Source of the DNA: Styela clava
Taxonomy: Eukaryota
Length of the DNA stretch: 64,000 bases
Reading direction: 5' to 3'
Assembly (NCBI RefSeq): GCF_964204865.1
Contig: NC_135252.1
Coordinates: forward strand, 17,298,001 to 17,362,000
Shown: positions 59,660 to 64,000 of the stretch, piece by piece
Numbering within the stretch: position 1 is the stretch's first letter
Layout: the number at the start of each line of letters is the position of its first letter
The notes under the pieces: generated by a model
Databases searched by the model: none
What the model saw: the letters and a program-made list of their open reading frames with translations, nothing else
What the model was told of the DNA's origin: nothing
Made by a program: the position numbers and the translations under genes

Positions 59660-60867
59660 TTCACGTTTTATTTCTTCAATCGAACGATAGAAGTCGCAAG
59701 AAAATATTAGAAAATAAAGGAATGACGGAAAGTCAAAATTCAGGAAGAACGAAGCAGATACCATAAAAATTTAAACTAATATTAAATGAAATTGACGATT
59801 ACCGTCTATTTTCACGCTAAGACTTCAAATGTTGTATTACGAAATAAATTTTAAAAAAATATATATTTATTTCATACCACATTCGAGTGGCGATTGAACC
59901 GTATATCTATCCGTATTCTCAATTAGCATAAATTAATTTAATAAATGGATTAACTAGATTTAGTTGCCTTGCATTCAATAATTTGGAGTGTATAAAATAT
60001 ATTTTTTTTATGCAAACTTTTGATTGGAAGAAAAATACTTCATACCGTCAGTGGTAATGATCAGGCTATTCATTCAGATCAGAGCTGGGCAAATTACGGC
60101 TGGAACCGGCCCACTTGTGTGTGATGAAATTACGACTATAGTTTTTATGGATATAAATTTCTGTTGAAAACATCGATGAAAATAACGTCACAATGACGCC
60201 GATTGTTACATTGTGCTTCTAATTGTTATATAAAAGTTGAGCTAGCTGTTGTAAATGAACTGTTTTTTTATTCATAGTCCTTCAAATTGAGTTTTGAGCC
60301 TCCGGTCCAGTAACCAAGTCTGTAACTGGCCCACTCGATTGTAGGACAACAGAACTATCCTTGCTTTTAGGTATGGCTAAAGAAGCCTTCTTTGCCGATA
60401 TTATGCTGTTAAACTTTATATTCATTCGATTACTGTTTTGCACATTTGTACTGTCGATGTCGAGCATGTGTAGTTTTATTAATAAATTAATTTTCAGAAA
60501 TGAAATTGTGTGCTTGGCTCAACCACTGCAGAAAAAATCTGTTGTTATTTTGTCGCACGCGAAGATATTATTGGCCAGTAACGATCAACTTCGCAGATCA
60601 GTATGGCTAAAATCAGATCGTAGGATCATTATGGGCATTTTGAATGTTGCATACCCACTGAAAAGGTATCCAGAGGAGAAAAAATATGGTTTACGAGTGG
60701 CATAAAAGAGTTGGAAAGCTCTACAACCTCAATTCAGATTGTTATTCGGGTACTTGTGAATGTGGGACAGCATTGTATTGAAACAAGTTTAAAAATTAAA
60801 CTTAAAATGCTGATGTAACATTTTTTCAGACTTTTTTCATTGATTCCCTGCTTCGCTTCATATCTAT

Positions 60868-61736
60868 CAGGGGTGCCCTGCGATGGCCACGTCTCGATCA
60901 GTCCATCGCGTCTGATGTTGATTGAATTTTAGTGAAATACCCCCCAAAATTGCCTCAAATCAGTTGTGTGTTTTACAACAGGGAGAATACAGTACTTTAC
61001 ATGTCCAAAATACAATATACACATACGATTTTGGGTCTGACCAAGCCCGATAAAGCATATTATTACGTAACAAATGCAAGTTTTTCCGCTGCCAAGGTTA
61101 AAAAATGAAATGCTGAATATCGCATGTTTAGACTAGAGTTTAGCGAGACTGATCTTACAAAAACTTTTGCAGTATGCGAAACTTACTGTCTCACTCCAAG
61201 AGTAGTGTGATAAATTTTATTCGCAATGGTAGCAGTGGCATCAAAATGCCTAATTTGTTCTAATTCTAAGCAAGCGAGGAATCGCATTTGAAGAAAATTG
61301 TAAATTAGATACTGAAGTTTGAGCAGTCTTGTAACATTTATGGTTTGAGGATATTTATTTTTTGCTGTATAGATAATACATGAATACTTGTAGAGGTTTT
61401 TTAAAAAATTTCAACACTTACGACTAAAAATCAGGCACATCTGAATTGTATGATTTAAATAAATCTTGAAAAAAAAGATGAAACATTTACTCCGGGTACA
61501 ATTAAATGATCGAATCAACAACTTGGATGGAACATAAAAAACACAAATTTTGTGTCGATTTCAATAATAATGTACGCACAAAGCCTTCTTATTGGCAGCG
61601 GTAGAATTTTTTGTATGCGTGTGTGCAGTTATCTGCATATTCAGTTTTTGTGTAGGACCTTATTACCGATCAGTCGATCGCGATCTATTTCGAAGATTTT
61701 AGTCGATCGCGGGCAAAAGCAGGTTGGCCACCCCTG
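60868..61736 (-). mobile_element. Non-autonomous hAT MITE (~870 bp), copy 2, inverted relative to 51693-52558
   Basis: CAGGGGTGCC...GGTTGGCCACCCCTG with TSD ATATCTAT / ATATATAT (7/8). Shares GCGATCGACTGATCGGTAATAAGGTC, CCGCTGCCAATAAG and CTCTTGGAGTGAGACA blocks with copy 1. Confidence 0.85.
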
Positions 61737-62327
61737 ATATATATGGCTTACATACGCCAGACCCTATACTCAACAACTAGTATGTTGTCTCTCTCATAAA
61801 TTTGTAGTAGTTGTCATAGGATTTTAGCTGAAGTCTCTTCGGTATTATTTATGATAGAATATAGATGAATAATAAAAATTGTCATCTGATACCCCCGTTT
61901 AGTTTCATCCCATATATGCGCCTCGGGCGCATTACATCTCATTGAAATTACAGTGTTCAATCGCAACAGATTTCGGCCATTATGCTATCATAACGGAAAT
62001 GTGATTCTGGGGGAAACATGCAGTTAAAATCACGTTTTAATATGTTACAACCATAAGTATTTTCAAACGCAACCCATTGATAAAATCGATGCAGAAAAGC
62101 GTCTCTTACAAGCGAAGTACATTGCACTGTTGTTGAACATGGGACTTGGATTCGTGTACGATTATACTCAACCACATATAAGGTAATATTCTGAGACGGG
62201 TTTCAAAATTCAGGTCGGTTGACAAACAGTAAGTCTCGTTGGTAATATGCAGTCGTGTTACAATTAGTATCTATGGATAAATATGCTGGTGAAGCGTAGG
62301 ATTTACAGGCATTTACTCATCGTTAGA

Positions 62328-63874
62328 ATGAGTACAAGGTGAGACAAAGATTTGTTTTTAGACCGAGATTTGCAAGGTATACAGTCGGTTCAAGTATTCC
62401 GACTAGGTATAATATTTTTTTACAATGACGGCTATTGTGCCTAGGTACAATCCATCACGTGAGAGAGTCTGGCGTTGCGTTATCCTGGTACAACCGATAT
62501 CAAAACTCATTTTGCACTGACCGCCACTGATGTGATTACAAACGTCATGACATAAGTTCTATAATTAACCCAATGTATTTCAGAAAATGCTCGTTTTATA
62601 GGACAATTTTGTCTGTCGCCGTGACTACCCTTTTCTGCTTAACTGCATTGATCAAATTACAATATCACAAGTATTTATACAAGTGAGTTACATCGTTTTA
62701 AATTACTTTTTGTTGTTATGGTAGTTGTTTGTGTTTTTGCATCCTAGAAATTTAGCGCTGTGGTTTATACAAACCAAGAAAGGAAAGGTTCTCATTATTG
62801 TCAGAATTAGCCATGTTTTCTTTTCTTCCTTTGTCTTCTTTTATCTGCGTGAAAAATCTTTTTCGACACTAACTTATGTCGAAACAAAATATCGGTCAAA
62901 TTTGGAACCAGTAGTGCCAAGATTCGATCTTTCATGCGAGGATATGCCAGCACATCGGTCAATTCAAAAGTCTGAGGGTCGCGAAAACGTGGGTCGTGCT
63001 GAAAAAAGTTGGGAGAACACCAAATATACTATCATCCAATAATTTATTTTCGCAGCAGTGTAACTTCGATAGACACAGTTCATATGCGAAAAGGAACACC
63101 AACCGTTTCTGATACTGTCACAAAAGTAGACGTTCATGTTGATATAGAATCAGTTATTCGATGCAAATCACAAAGCATGGGGTGTTTCAATCTAGCGGTG
63201 ATGAAGGAAAAAATTGATAGAAGTGAGCAAAGTTCTCTGATGTCATGTCTTCACGACTGTTCGAAAAGGTTAGTTTCACGAAATCGATCCTTTGGGCATG
63301 TATCAAATACGGCAACACCAGGGTAGTTTTTATTTGATACAAAGTGTTTAAACTATTTTAACATTTCAGTACATAAAGATAAGTCCCTCAAAGCTGTTAC
63401 GCATTATTTTTTTTATATTTCTTCACTTTTCATCATTTGCTTAGCTAACACCTTACCGGTGCCAGTGCGTGATCTTCGCATCCATAAATTTGAGCCATAC
63501 TCTCTTTTTTGATAAGAAAGGTTTAATACACAGGAAATATTTAGATTTTCTGCTATACAAAGCCTTAATGCGAACCAATAACCACGTTTTTTACGAACCT
63601 CGAACAAATTCTATCTATCTATGCAATACAAGTATCAGGGATCACGTTTTCATCTAATAATATTTTAATATACTTCATGATTGAAGTGCATTCTTACTCA
63701 TATTTCATTGTTGTTGCAGTACTTACCGTTACTACGGAAAAATAGAATCAACTTGCTATTGTGCGAATGATTCCAAACATTTGGTGGATATTCAATCATG
63801 GACATATTGCGACAAAACATCAAGACAAGATAAAAGAATCGAGATATTTCATATTACAGAATCGTGCCATAAAG
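62328..63874 (+). CDS. Type II membrane protein with a WSC domain (WSCD-like), 5' part only; continues beyond the window
   Basis: Exons 62328-62338, 62584-62682, 63056-63268 and 63720-63874 splice in frame (GT-AG) to MSTRKCSFYRTILSVAVTTLFCLTALIKLQYHKYLYNSVTSID...SMGCFNLAVMKEKIDRSEQSSLMSCLHDCSKSTYRYYGKIESTCYCAND...: a signal anchor plus the GCF...C-x3-C...YxYxG...CYC pattern of WSC domains. Confidence 0.72.
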
Positions 63875-64000
63875 GTCAGTAGTGAATATATGTAACGACG
63901 ATATAAATTATGGACTTTTCCGATAGCTGAGTCTGGACCAGGACCGCATACGTTTTTTTAATTAACTCTTGTAAAGACAAAACAAGCCTAGATTACTCAA

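Noticed and set aside
51685-61744. Shared TSD proving the 10-kb MITE-bracketed block transposed as a unit
   Set aside because: Outer flanks match only 5/8 in AT-repeat sequence, and copy 2 has its own better TSD. Kept only as a hypothesis in findings.

Overview
AT-rich, compact animal (eukaryotic) genomic DNA with spliceosomal GT-AG introns. An invertebrate chordate such as an ascidian is plausible from gene style and repeat types, but this is inference only. Layout: (1) 1-~7670 is the edge of a ~370-bp satellite array with higher-order structure and an internal strand switch at ~2772. (2) A gene-dense block follows: intronless prolyl 4-hydroxylase alpha-like (+), 20-exon PSMD2 (-), intronless MRPL12 (+), 11-exon ALDH4A1 (-), intronless MED24 (+), a 5-exon beta-1,4-galactosyltransferase-family gene (+), and the first four exons of a type II membrane WSC-domain protein (+) that the ORF track does not reveal and that runs off the window end. 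(3) Transposon content is rich: an apparently intact autonomous Buster-type hAT element (TIRs, perfect 8-bp TSD, full DDE transposase) inside a B4GALT intron; several non-autonomous hAT MITEs with NNNTANNN TSDs, including an inverted pair that brackets the B4GALT gene; a long-TIR MITE carrying CRE-like motifs near two divergent promoters; Helentron-like elements; SINEs; and Tc1/mariner relics. Exon coordinates were read by hand from splice signals and reading-frame continuity. No searches were run.
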